A stretch of DNA of 52,985 nucleotides, taken from positions 1 to 52,985 of the IMG/VR virus record IMGVR_UViG_3300030099_007681; one strand, written 5' to 3'. The number at the start of each line of letters is the position of its first letter. Within the stretch, counting starts at the first letter, position 1. Both the position numbers and the translations under genes were made by a program. The stretch comes from a virus (lineage: Duplodnaviria; Caudoviricetes). Positions 9,646 through 17,809 of the stretch are shown here, one piece after another. Under the pieces are notes generated by a model that was given only the letters and a program-made list of their open reading frames with translations, was not told the DNA's origin and did no database searches.

Positions 9646-9667
9646 AAGATGCTGTAAAGGATCTTAA
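9578..9667 (+). CDS. 29 aa overlapping small ORF (MNINMQTQTLATWTNKWMLQPVRRCCKGS)
   Basis: GGAG at 9568-9571, 6 nt before ATG; stop 2 nt before the protease ATG; late-type motif ACTATTTAG at 9471. Confidence 0.45.
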   Translation: MNINMQTQTLATWTNKWMLQPVRRCCKGS

Positions 9668-9669
9668 CT

Positions 9670-10278
9670 ATGGCCCAAAAGTTACTTAGAGAGTATTATG
9701 AACTCTGCGATGGTGGAGTCTGCCAAGACCTGTTAACCGAAGAAGAAAAACGTTTTGTAGCCAGCGGCGGCATGATGCTGACTGGTATCATTCAAAAAGC
9801 TGACACAGTAAATGGTAACGGAAGAGTATACCCTGAGCACGTATTAAAAAGAGAAATGGTTAATTATCAAAAGCTAGTTAAGGAACGTAGGGCGCTCGGA
9901 GAGCTTGACCACCCAGATGATTCTGTAATTAATCTTAGAAATGCATCACACATGATGACAGATGTTTGGTGGGATGGAAAAAATGTTATGGGTAAAGCAA
10001 AGGTACTTGATACACCGTCTGGACAAGTGCTCCAATCTTTAGTCAGTGCAGGTGTTAGCATTGGCATTTCATCCCGTGGTATGGGTTCTGTATCAGAGTC
10101 TAAAGGAAACACAGTGGTTGAAGATGATTTTCAATTAATATGTTTTGATTTTGTTTCTGAGCCATCAACACCTGGCGCTTTTATGATGAAAGAGGCAAAA
10201 GATTTTAAAAATAAAGTATTTACAAAAGCGGATCGAATAAATCGTTTGCTAAATGAGGTTTTAAATGAAGAAAGCTGA
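9670..10278 (+). CDS. prohead core protease (T4 gp21-like)
   Basis: NGNGRVYP, GELDHP (His), GISSRGMGS (Ser), DFVSEPS. Confidence 0.95.
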   Translation: MAQKLLREYYELCDGGVCQDLLTEEEKRFVASGGMMLTGIIQKADTVNGNGRVYPEHVLKREMVNYQKLVKERRALGELDHPDDSVINLRNASHMMTDVWWDGKNVMGKAKVLDTPSGQVLQSLVSAGVSIGISSRGMGSVSESKGNTVVEDDFQLICFDFVSEPSTPGAFMMKEAKDFKNKVFTKADRINRLLNEVLNEES

Positions 10279-10672
10279 TCTTAAAAAAGCAATCAAACCA
10301 TTAGTGAAAGAATGCATACATGAAGTATTACTTGAAGAGGGTTTGTTGTCAAATATTGTTTCTGAGGTTGCGATTGGTATGCAAGGTAATGTCATTAAAG
10401 AGGCTAAAAACAATCAAACACAGTCGTCAAACAAGACAGCACAACAACAAACAGACTTTGCTAATAAACTAAAAGAACAAAAAAGACGCATGTTAGAAGC
10501 TATTGGAAATGATGCGTATAATGGTGTTGATTTATTTGAAGGAACAACACCGGCCCCAGTACAACAACAACAAGCAGCCGGCACCGTTGATTTAGGCGCA
10601 GCAAATGATTCAGGAGTTGATATATCATCGCTCGTGGGGAACGCTACACAAATTTGGAATGCAATGAAGTGA
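10265..10672 (+). CDS. hypothetical protein, putative prohead core component
   Basis: Leader MKKADLKKAIKPLVKECIHEVLLEE; GAGGT SD. Confidence 0.6.
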   Translation: MKKADLKKAIKPLVKECIHEVLLEEGLLSNIVSEVAIGMQGNVIKEAKNNQTQSSNKTAQQQTDFANKLKEQKRRMLEAIGNDAYNGVDLFEGTTPAPVQQQQAAGTVDLGAANDSGVDISSLVGNATQIWNAMK

Positions 10673-10675
10673 ATT

Positions 10676-10918
10676 ATGAAAAAGAAAAATAATGTATCAG
10701 TATCTTCTAAAGAATGCCGTGGCAACACTGAAAGAATGATACGTAGATTTATCAAAAAAGTTAAGAAAGAAAGAATTATTGAAGAGGTAAAGGATAGAAG
10801 AAGGTATAAAAAGCCGTCTGTTGCAAAGAAAGAAAAGCGTATAAAAGCTGAACGCGCTAGAATTCGTCAGGAGTTAAAGCGTAAGCGCGCAAAAGAAAGG
10901 CGTAATAGAAAAAAGTAA
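10676..10918 (+). CDS. rpsU: phage-encoded ribosomal protein bS21
   Basis: 80 aa, extremely basic; ERMIRRFIKKVKKERIIEEVKDRRRYKKPSVAKKEK matches the bS21 pattern (alrrFkk...e.r.r..yeKPs..r). Confidence 0.85.
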   Translation: MKKKNNVSVSSKECRGNTERMIRRFIKKVKKERIIEEVKDRRRYKKPSVAKKEKRIKAERARIRQELKRKRAKERRNRKK

Positions 10919-10920
10919 CG

Positions 10921-10929
10921 ACTATTTAT
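10921..10929 (+). promoter_or_regulatory. putative late promoter ACTATTTAT
   Basis: Intergenic; motif recurs before most structural genes. Confidence 0.7.
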
Positions 10930-10959
10930 ATTGAGTATATCAAATTTTGGAGTTTTTAA

Positions 10960-11391
10960 ATGGCGAATTATAAAAAATCATGGCACATGGAAGTTGGCGT
11001 CAACAACGTGCCATCTTATCAGGTAAGTGGTACACCGTTTGCTTCCGGTTCAATTAACGCTGCTCCCGGCGCCGGAACCACCGCAGTCGAGGTACCTTTT
11101 CCACAAGTGACCAGATGGGTTCAGGTTATTAATCATGGAACCGGCTCTGTAAGAGTTGGATTTTCAAAGAATGGTACTGAAGGTAGACAATACTTTAGAG
11201 TCCATGCGTCTGGTAGCGCTGCCGGTTCAGGCCAATCCCCGTCGAGCGGAAGATTAGAGCTAAAAGTATCTGAACTTTGGCTTCTTGGTTCTGATAATGT
11301 TGATGTTGTTGCGGGTTTAACTTCTATTGCTCCTGCCCGTCTTAATACCGATAGCGGCACCTCTTGGAGTGGTTCTGTAGGAGTCGGCTAA
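10960..11391 (+). CDS. beta-rich virion structural protein (decoration/fibre-associated)
   Basis: Gly/Ser/Val-rich 143 aa; first gene after a late promoter; GGAG SD. Confidence 0.6.
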   Translation: MANYKKSWHMEVGVNNVPSYQVSGTPFASGSINAAPGAGTTAVEVPFPQVTRWVQVINHGTGSVRVGFSKNGTEGRQYFRVHASGSAAGSGQSPSSGRLELKVSELWLLGSDNVDVVAGLTSIAPARLNTDSGTSWSGSVGVG

Positions 11392-11393
11392 TA

Positions 11394-12074
11394 ATGGCTT
11401 TTGGATGGGCTTACGTAGATTGTGAAGGCACTGGGGGTGGCCAAGCTGCCGGCCCAACAGGGTCAGTGCAATTTTTAACTGGTGCAAACGCGACAAGTGG
11501 TAGTTCTCATTTCGTGTATCGCACTGGTTCCGCCCTAGGTGAGCACACTGAAAATCTACTAATTTTATCTGGCAATTTAATTGTAAGCGGCACAGTTAGT
11601 GCAAGTGTTTTTAAATACGAAGATATTAGCATTATAGATGCCACAGGCTCAACTAGTTTTGGTAATTCAAACGATGATGTGCATACAAGAATTGGAAGCC
11701 TTGTGGTTAAAACTGCAGGCGCCTCCGGCGTAAATGTCTTAAGTGCAAGCATGGCTACACAAGCTGTACACATCCAAGGTCTTAATGTGTTATACGAAAC
11801 TTGTTCAGTAGACAGCTATACTGCTAGCGCGCCGGGATATATTTTGGGTGTACAACAAACCGGACAGGTTGAGATCCTTATACCAAGTGCGTCAATATAT
11901 GGTTCAGGTTCAATTTTGCTTGTCAAAGATGAAGTCGGCCACATTGATGGAACAAATATTACAATTAATGCTGCAACTGGATACAGCATTGACGGCAGCT
12001 TAACCTACAGCTTGACCGGTTCTAATCCTGCTATTAGTTTATATTCTAATGGAGCCAATTGGTTTGTCTTCTAA
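11394..12074 (+). CDS. fibre-like virion protein, paralogue 1
   Basis: Start moved to ATG 11394 (MAFGWAY); shared C-terminal domain IP.A...G....VKDE.G.....ITI......IDG...L...W. Confidence 0.65.
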   Translation: MAFGWAYVDCEGTGGGQAAGPTGSVQFLTGANATSGSSHFVYRTGSALGEHTENLLILSGNLIVSGTVSASVFKYEDISIIDATGSTSFGNSNDDVHTRIGSLVVKTAGASGVNVLSASMATQAVHIQGLNVLYETCSVDSYTASAPGYILGVQQTGQVEILIPSASIYGSGSILLVKDEVGHIDGTNITINAATGYSIDGSLTYSLTGSNPAISLYSNGANWFVF

Positions 12075-12097
12075 TTAATTAAAAGGAGACTGCTTGT

Positions 12098-12850
12098 ATG
12101 GCTTATAATAATTTATCTGGAACTGTTCTACTTCCAAACGAGTTACTAAAAGTACAAGGTGTTTCTACTGGTATTGTGTCCGGTAATCTTAGCACCTCTG
12201 ATGGCGCGCAAGTAATTAATGTTCCAAGAGTGTCCAATGCCACAAATAATGCTATTATTACAAATGTTGATGGCAATGCTAACACACTAACTTGCGAATC
12301 TAATCTAACATTTGATGGTGATACATTAAATGTTGTAGGTGAGATCACTGCCAGCACAGGTGTGTCTGCATCATTTTTTATGGGTGATGGTAGCCGCCTC
12401 ACGGGGATTACGCTCGGTGGCTCCGGTGCTGGCATTTTTACTGAAGCTTCTACTAATCAAGCATTTACAACAAGTAGTGTTACAATTGGCGATAACGTAA
12501 CACCCACAAACACTTTGACTATTGCTGGCTCTTCGTACTTAAGCGGTGCCGTAGTACACAAAAGACATGCTACAACTGTAAATTATGAAATAAAAATCAC
12601 AGATTTTTATATAGGTGCCGATAGTCTAAACAATACTGTTTTGTTGACATTGCCGACTGCCTCCACCACCACAGAAGGCCAAACCTTTGTTATAAAAGAC
12701 GAAGCGGGTAACGCTAATAATAACAATATAACTATCTCATGTAGTGTTGGTGGTGATAAAATTGATGGTCAAAATTTAGTTATTTTGGAGTCACCTTTTG
12801 CATCAATCCAGCTTTATTGTGACGGCGCCGACAAATATTTTATAACCTGA
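12098..12850 (+). CDS. fibre-like virion protein, paralogue 2
   Basis: MAYN start, ESNLTFDG, C-terminal LPTASTTTEGQTFVIKDEAG...IDGQNLVILESPFA. Confidence 0.7.
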   Translation: MAYNNLSGTVLLPNELLKVQGVSTGIVSGNLSTSDGAQVINVPRVSNATNNAIITNVDGNANTLTCESNLTFDGDTLNVVGEITASTGVSASFFMGDGSRLTGITLGGSGAGIFTEASTNQAFTTSSVTIGDNVTPTNTLTIAGSSYLSGAVVHKRHATTVNYEIKITDFYIGADSLNNTVLLTLPTASTTTEGQTFVIKDEAGNANNNNITISCSVGGDKIDGQNLVILESPFASIQLYCDGADKYFIT

Positions 12851-12869
12851 TTTTTTTTAGTTTTTCTGA

Positions 12870-12878
12870 ACTAATTAT
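12870..12878 (+). promoter_or_regulatory. putative late promoter ACTAATTAT
   Basis: Intergenic variant of the shared motif. Confidence 0.6.
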
Positions 12879-12971
12879 AAACGAGTGGGCACTTGTATCT
12901 AAATTAACTTTGGATACTTGTATTTACTCATGCTATAAATTATAAAACTTATAAATGGAGGGTTTTTAAAA

Positions 12972-14591
12972 ATGGCTTACAAATTTCAATTCGGGCAGGC
13001 AATCTTGTCCGGTAACCTAGATCAAGAAGGCGATGTAGACGTTCTTGATGGAGGTGTTCTTAAAATGAACGGAACAACAGCTATTGCGTCTAACAGAGAC
13101 GCAACACTTGCTGGTGTTACTGCTACTACTCTCGGGCACGCAGATGATACTGATTTGTTAACATTAGCTGATCAGTCTCTTACAATTGCTAATGATGCTT
13201 CTCTTACATATAAGGGTACTGGTATCACATCGACTGGTGCAGAACTCAACTTAGTTGATGGCTCTCAAGCCGGCACAGTAGTTAATAACAAAGCTGTAAT
13301 TTACAGCGCTGGTGGAAATGTGCAAGGTAGTACATTTGCCGTACCAGATGATGGTACTATTGGTAATGGTTCTAATGCCGATGCGCTAACACTTGCTGCA
13401 GCCGAGATCACTGTCAAAGATGGTGTTGACTTCTCAGTTGCTACAGTTGGTGGTTTTAACTACGGCGGCGCCGCAGTTACTTCAACTGCTGCTGAGCTTA
13501 ACTTGGTTGATGGTGCTCAAGCTGGCACTCAGGTGGCCTCAAAGGCTGTTATCTACGATGCCTCAAGAGGTATTAACGCTCATGGTCTTACTGGTTCTCT
13601 CAGGTTCTCGCTTGATGTAGCACCTAACGGTGGTGTCGGTATGACCCCATTCAACAACAGCTCTGATGTTAACGACCTTAAGATCAGTGGTTCATTCATG
13701 GATTCGACAGCAGGGATTTCATTCGACAACGATTCTTTTGTTGCTCTTTCTGTCTCTGGTACTGTTAAGTCTTTCACGCTTGGCTCATATCTCACGGGCG
13801 CCGCGGGAAGAATGGATGGTGCTGGTATTGAAGCTGCTTCTGGTGTTTTGTCTGTGAAGGTCGATGATTCGTCTATCGAAATTAACAGTGATTCACTTCG
13901 CGTTAAAGCAGGCGGTGTTACCGATGCAATGCTTAACGATGATGTTGCATCCGGCTTAGCTGGTGATGGTCTTGCTGCTTCTTCCGGTGTTCTCTCTGTT
14001 GGTGTAGACGATTCTTCGATCGAAATTAACAGTGATTCACTTCGCGTTAAAGCAGCCGGTGTTACCGATGCAATGCTTAACGATGACGTTGCAACCGGCT
14101 TAGCTGGTGATGGTCTTGCCGCTACTTCTGGTGTCATGAAGCTTGATATTAACGAGTTGAGTGCTGCCAGTGTTGATGTTGCTGCCGATAGTATTGCTAT
14201 TGTTGATGCAGACGACAGCAACCTTTCGCGCAAGGAAAGCATTGCTGACCTTGTTGCCGCAATGGCTGGTGGTGGCCTTAGTGCTGCTGACGGTGTTCTT
14301 TCAACTCAAGGTGGTAACGTTAGTCAAAGCTTTGAGGGTAAAACACTTGTTGAAGGATATAACTATCTGACTGGAACTCTTGGAGCCAACAAGCTTATTC
14401 TTCCGCCAAACCCAAGCATAGGTGACGTAATTGTCATTAAGGCAGGTGATTTGGCAGCTGGTAAAACAGTTACCGTCAGTGCATCTGCTACTCACACTGT
14501 TGATGGCGTTCAGCGTCCAATTACGCTTGAATCACCATTTGCTGCTGTAAGCTGCGTTCTTACTAGAACTGCAAGTTGGTCTATCGTATAA
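12972..14591 (+). CDS. fibre-like virion protein, paralogue 3, with internal repeats
   Basis: GGAGGG SD; repeats TST(G/A)AELNLVDG and VDDSSIEINSDSLRVKA; same C-terminal domain (VDG...TLESPFAAV...W). Confidence 0.75.
   Translation: MAYKFQFGQAILSGNLDQEGDVDVLDGGVLKMNGTTAIASNRDATLAGVTATTLGHADDTDLLTLADQSLTIANDASLTYKGTGITSTGAELNLVDGSQAGTVVNNKAVIYSAGGNVQGSTFAVPDDGTIGNGSNADALTLAAAEITVKDGVDFSVATVGGFNYGGAAVTSTAAELNLVDGAQAGTQVASKAVIYDASRGINAHGLTGSLRFSLDVAPNGGVGMTPFNNSSDVNDLKISGSFMDSTAGISFDNDSFVALSVSGTVKSFTLGSYLTGAAGRMDGAGIEAASGVLSVKVDDSSIEINSDSLRVKAGGVTDAMLNDDVASGLAGDGLAASSGVLSVGVDDSSIEINSDSLRVKAAGVTDAMLNDDVATGLAGDGLAATSGVMKLDINELSAASVDVAADSIAIVDADDSNLSRKESIADLVAAMAGGGLSAADGVLSTQGGNVSQSFEGKTLVEGYNYLTGTLGANKLILPPNPSIGDVIVIKAGDLAAGKTVTVSASATHTVDGVQRPITLESPFAAVSCVLTRTASWSIV
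13860..14135 (+). repeat. 144-bp period intragenic tandem duplication (48 aa)
   Basis: atcgaaattaacagtgattcacttcgcgttaaagcag... at 13875 and 14019. Confidence 0.9.
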
Positions 14592-14621
14592 TTAATATTT
14601 TCCAACGTTGTTTGGATTTTT

Positions 14622-14653
14622 GGATGTCTCCTGGTTGGGAGGCATCCTTTTTT
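14622..14653 (+). terminator. intrinsic terminator
   Basis: GGATGTCTCC-TGGTTG-GGAGGCATCC followed by T6. Confidence 0.85.
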
Positions 14654-14689
14654 ATGTTTTAGAATGACCTGAATAAACAATTTTAATAA

Positions 14690-14698
14690 CCTACTTAT
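14690..14698 (+). promoter_or_regulatory. putative late promoter CCTACTTAT
   Basis: Between a terminator and the next ATG; variant of the shared motif. Confidence 0.55.
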
Positions 14699-14716
14699 AA
14701 TGTTGGAGAATTAAAT

Positions 14717-15844
14717 ATGGCATATAATGTTTTGAAGGGCTCTGTAGAGGGCTCTGTAGATCAGCATGGTAATCAAGAAATTGATGGAATCAAAATTTTC
14801 AAAAATACAATAAGTGCAAGTGTTTTTTATGATACTGATGCACAAAGTCCCTGTGCAACAATGAAAGATGTTGCTATCATAAAGGTTAATGGGGGTACTC
14901 GAAACAGCGTTTTAATGATGGGCCCCAGCCAAACAGCGCACACAGCACATAATTTTAGATATGAAAATGACACTTTACATGTTACAAACATTGTCGCACA
15001 CATGTTGCGAGGCTCCGCAGAAAATTTAACAAACATTCCATCTGATAAATTTACTGATCTCATAGCTGCAGATTTTTTGTCACATGGCGCCGGCTTACAA
15101 AATGTAAGGGGCGTTTTGCAAGTTAAGGCATACGATGGTATTAAGTGTGATGACGACGGTGTTAGCATCAATATAGCGGCAAATTCTGGACTGCAGCTTT
15201 TGTCAAATAAACTTTCTATCAATCCATCGAGCGCCCCACAAGTCAATAGCGAGGGACAAAATTTAAGTGACATTGACACATTGTTGGTTCATGATGCTTC
15301 ACGTAATGCTGTAGCTAGTACAACATTAGCAAATTTATACAATTCATACATTAGCGAAAAAGTTCCACATGCTGTTGGCAGCCCCGGCTCGCTTCAATAT
15401 AGAGGCAAAAAAGAATTTGAGTCGTCACAAAATTTGTTATATGATGATTCTAAAAATACACTTTTAATTAATGGCAAAGTTCACGCTAATTGTTTAACAT
15501 CGCAGCATAAATTAGTTAATCAAGGTGCTGTTTACAATAATATAGTTAAAGTTAGCGATGTAAACTATGAAGTTAAGCAAAGTGATTACACCATGCTCTG
15601 TGACGCATCTAAAAATGTTGTCACTGTTGTGCTGCCGCCAGCTGCTAATCACGTTGGTCGCATACTTAATATTAAAAAAGCTAATACAAATAAATACAAA
15701 TTAAATTCCAACCTTGTTTATATTACATGTAAAGAGGGAAGTATTGATATAAACGACAGAGTAGAAATTAAAATGAACTATTCTTCAAGAACCGTGCAAT
15801 CAGACGGCGAAAACTGGTGGATTATTGGCTCAAAGGGAAGTTGA
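14717..15844 (+). CDS. fibre-like virion protein, paralogue 4
   Basis: MAYN start; C-terminal VVLPPAANHVGRILNIKK...ID...QSDGENWWII. Confidence 0.7.
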   Translation: MAYNVLKGSVEGSVDQHGNQEIDGIKIFKNTISASVFYDTDAQSPCATMKDVAIIKVNGGTRNSVLMMGPSQTAHTAHNFRYENDTLHVTNIVAHMLRGSAENLTNIPSDKFTDLIAADFLSHGAGLQNVRGVLQVKAYDGIKCDDDGVSINIAANSGLQLLSNKLSINPSSAPQVNSEGQNLSDIDTLLVHDASRNAVASTTLANLYNSYISEKVPHAVGSPGSLQYRGKKEFESSQNLLYDDSKNTLLINGKVHANCLTSQHKLVNQGAVYNNIVKVSDVNYEVKQSDYTMLCDASKNVVTVVLPPAANHVGRILNIKKANTNKYKLNSNLVYITCKEGSIDINDRVEIKMNYSSRTVQSDGENWWIIGSKGS

Positions 15845-15845
15845 G

Positions 15846-15854
15846 TCTATTTAA
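15846..15854 (+). promoter_or_regulatory. putative late promoter TCTATTTAA
   Basis: Intergenic, upstream of AGGAG SD. Confidence 0.55.
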
Positions 15855-15872
15855 TACAGGAGAAACTATTTC

Positions 15873-17735
15873 ATGGCATATAACAGCAATAAGGGCAATC
15901 AACATATGGGCGACGTCCAGTACGAGGGCGACCCAAATGATGTTCAAATTGATTTTGAGAATGATTTTGTAGCAATAAAGACAAACGGATCACAGCGCCT
16001 CATTGTGTCTGGTTCTGCGATCACAGCATCTGTAGATGTATCTGGCTCTGGCGCGCTTATGGTAGGCGGTAAATTGACCGCCGGTAATAGTAAATTAACT
16101 TTTGATGGTACTACTGTTGTTTTGACTGGGTCATTACAGCAAATTAGCGGCGACGACGGTAAAATAAGGTTTATTGTTAATGAGATGACCGATGCCTTTT
16201 CAATCCTATCGCCGGATGAGACCTACACCGCGTATCGATTTGACGGCGACGGAGTTGATCACTATTTTAATGGCCCAACAAGATTTGGCGCCAACACCGG
16301 TGCTCCAACCCACACAGTTTCTGTAACTGGTCACGTTTCTGCTTCGATCGGTGTTACTAGTTCAGGCTTTCATACTTTAACTACCGTCATAGATGGAACG
16401 CACGTATCTAGCTCTCTTAATATTTCAGGTTCTAAGTTTTATGGCGATGGCTCAACACTATCAGGCTTGCCGTCAGATCCGGCCATTACGGCTCTGAATA
16501 ATGCCGGTGCCAATAGAATTATCACTTCTGATGGCGGCACGGCAGCATCTGCTGAACCAAACTTAACATTTAATGGAAGCACCCTCGCAGCTACAGGACA
16601 TATATCCGCATCGTTGGGAGTAAGCGGCTCTTCACTGCATGTTGGTCGCGGCTTAGGTACTACCGGCACTGTTATTGATTCCACTCACGTATCTAGCTCT
16701 CTTAATATTTCCGGTTCTAAATTCTATGGCGCCGGTGTATTCATTGCCGGCAACATGTCTGCATCGTTGGGAGTAAGCGGTTCTTCACTGCATATTGGTC
16801 GCGGCTTAGGTACTACCGGCACTGTTATTGATTCCACTCACGTATCTAGCTCTCTTAACATTTCAGGAGCTGCTTTTTTTGCTAATGGTGTTGAACTGTT
16901 GCGACCTGCGATTGAAGTATACGATGACTCAGGCAACAATAGAATTATTACATCAATTGATTCTGTTGCCGTTAAGGGAGAACCAAACCTGACTTTTGAT
17001 GGCTCCAGACTATCTGTTACTGGACAAGTTTCTGCGTCTTTAGGAGTTACTGGTTCTGATTTGGCATTAATTAGTAACACTCCTAAAGTTTTTTACTCTA
17101 GTAGTGCCGGCACGCCACTAGGGTTTGTAGGCTACAATACTTCTGATAATTTAGTACTTCAGAATGATGTTAACAACAAACACATCGTTTTTAAAGCTAA
17201 TGACAATGGCGTAACTAGAGAGGGGCTCCGTTTGAACGGAGCAGTCCCAGAAGTTGTAATTAATGAATCAGCAGAATCATTAATTAATTTTAGAGTAGAA
17301 TCTGCCACAAACACACACATGCTTTATGTGACTGGCTCTGGAAAAGTTGGTATTGGGACTAGCTCACCTTCGCACACACTAGAGGCAACTGGCTCATTTT
17401 TAATAAGTGGCTCAACTCACTCAAGCTACACTATGCGTAGCACTGGTGGTGGCTATGCTGTGGCATCATCTGATAATGTTGTTATATTTAATAACTCGGG
17501 TGCACAAAATGCCACACTACCTCAAATTACGCTGTCCAACCATGGTGTCCAATACTACATTAAAAATATTGGCTCCGGGACTGTTACATTAACAGGCTCA
17601 TCAGGGTTTGAACAATTTATTGATGGGCAACAAACACTTGCCTTAGAACAGGGTGATGCAGCAAAAGTAATGGGCGTTGCACTTGGTTCTGGTTTTGAGT
17701 GGGCTGTGTTATCATACTATGATAAGTTTGCATAA
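15873..17735 (+). CDS. fibre-like virion protein, paralogue 5, with internal repeats
   Basis: MAYN start; repeats THVSSSLNISG, NRIITS...EPNLTF.G, GKVGIGTSSP; C-terminal TLPQ...YYIKNIGSG...IDGQ. Confidence 0.75.
   Translation: MAYNSNKGNQHMGDVQYEGDPNDVQIDFENDFVAIKTNGSQRLIVSGSAITASVDVSGSGALMVGGKLTAGNSKLTFDGTTVVLTGSLQQISGDDGKIRFIVNEMTDAFSILSPDETYTAYRFDGDGVDHYFNGPTRFGANTGAPTHTVSVTGHVSASIGVTSSGFHTLTTVIDGTHVSSSLNISGSKFYGDGSTLSGLPSDPAITALNNAGANRIITSDGGTAASAEPNLTFNGSTLAATGHISASLGVSGSSLHVGRGLGTTGTVIDSTHVSSSLNISGSKFYGAGVFIAGNMSASLGVSGSSLHIGRGLGTTGTVIDSTHVSSSLNISGAAFFANGVELLRPAIEVYDDSGNNRIITSIDSVAVKGEPNLTFDGSRLSVTGQVSASLGVTGSDLALISNTPKVFYSSSAGTPLGFVGYNTSDNLVLQNDVNNKHIVFKANDNGVTREGLRLNGAVPEVVINESAESLINFRVESATNTHMLYVTGSGKVGIGTSSPSHTLEATGSFLISGSTHSSYTMRSTGGGYAVASSDNVVIFNNSGAQNATLPQITLSNHGVQYYIKNIGSGTVTLTGSSGFEQFIDGQQTLALEQGDAAKVMGVALGSGFEWAVLSYYDKFA
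16608..16865 (+). repeat. 153-bp period near-identical direct repeat (about 105 bp unit)
   Basis: gcatcgttgggagtaagcgg...cacgtatctagctctcttaa at 16608 and 16761; partial third copy at 16401. Confidence 0.9.
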
Positions 17736-17768
17736 TGATTTCAAAAATGGACTTTTATAAGTCTTGAC

Positions 17769-17777
17769 ACTATTTAT
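17769..17777 (+). promoter_or_regulatory. putative late promoter ACTATTTAT (scaffold-MCP operon)
   Basis: Exact motif in intergenic space. Confidence 0.7.
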
Positions 17778-17809
17778 TTTGAACATTTCTCACTTTAGGA
17801 GCCCTATTA

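Noticed and set aside
13580-14242. 220 aa minus-strand ORF with repeats
   Set aside because: Mirror of the repeated fibre gene codons; no independent evidence
16401-16865. Near-identical repeats in a fibre gene as a DGR template/variable pair
   Set aside because: Both copies are in-frame within one CDS, the differences are not adenine-specific, and no reverse transcriptase is present in the window
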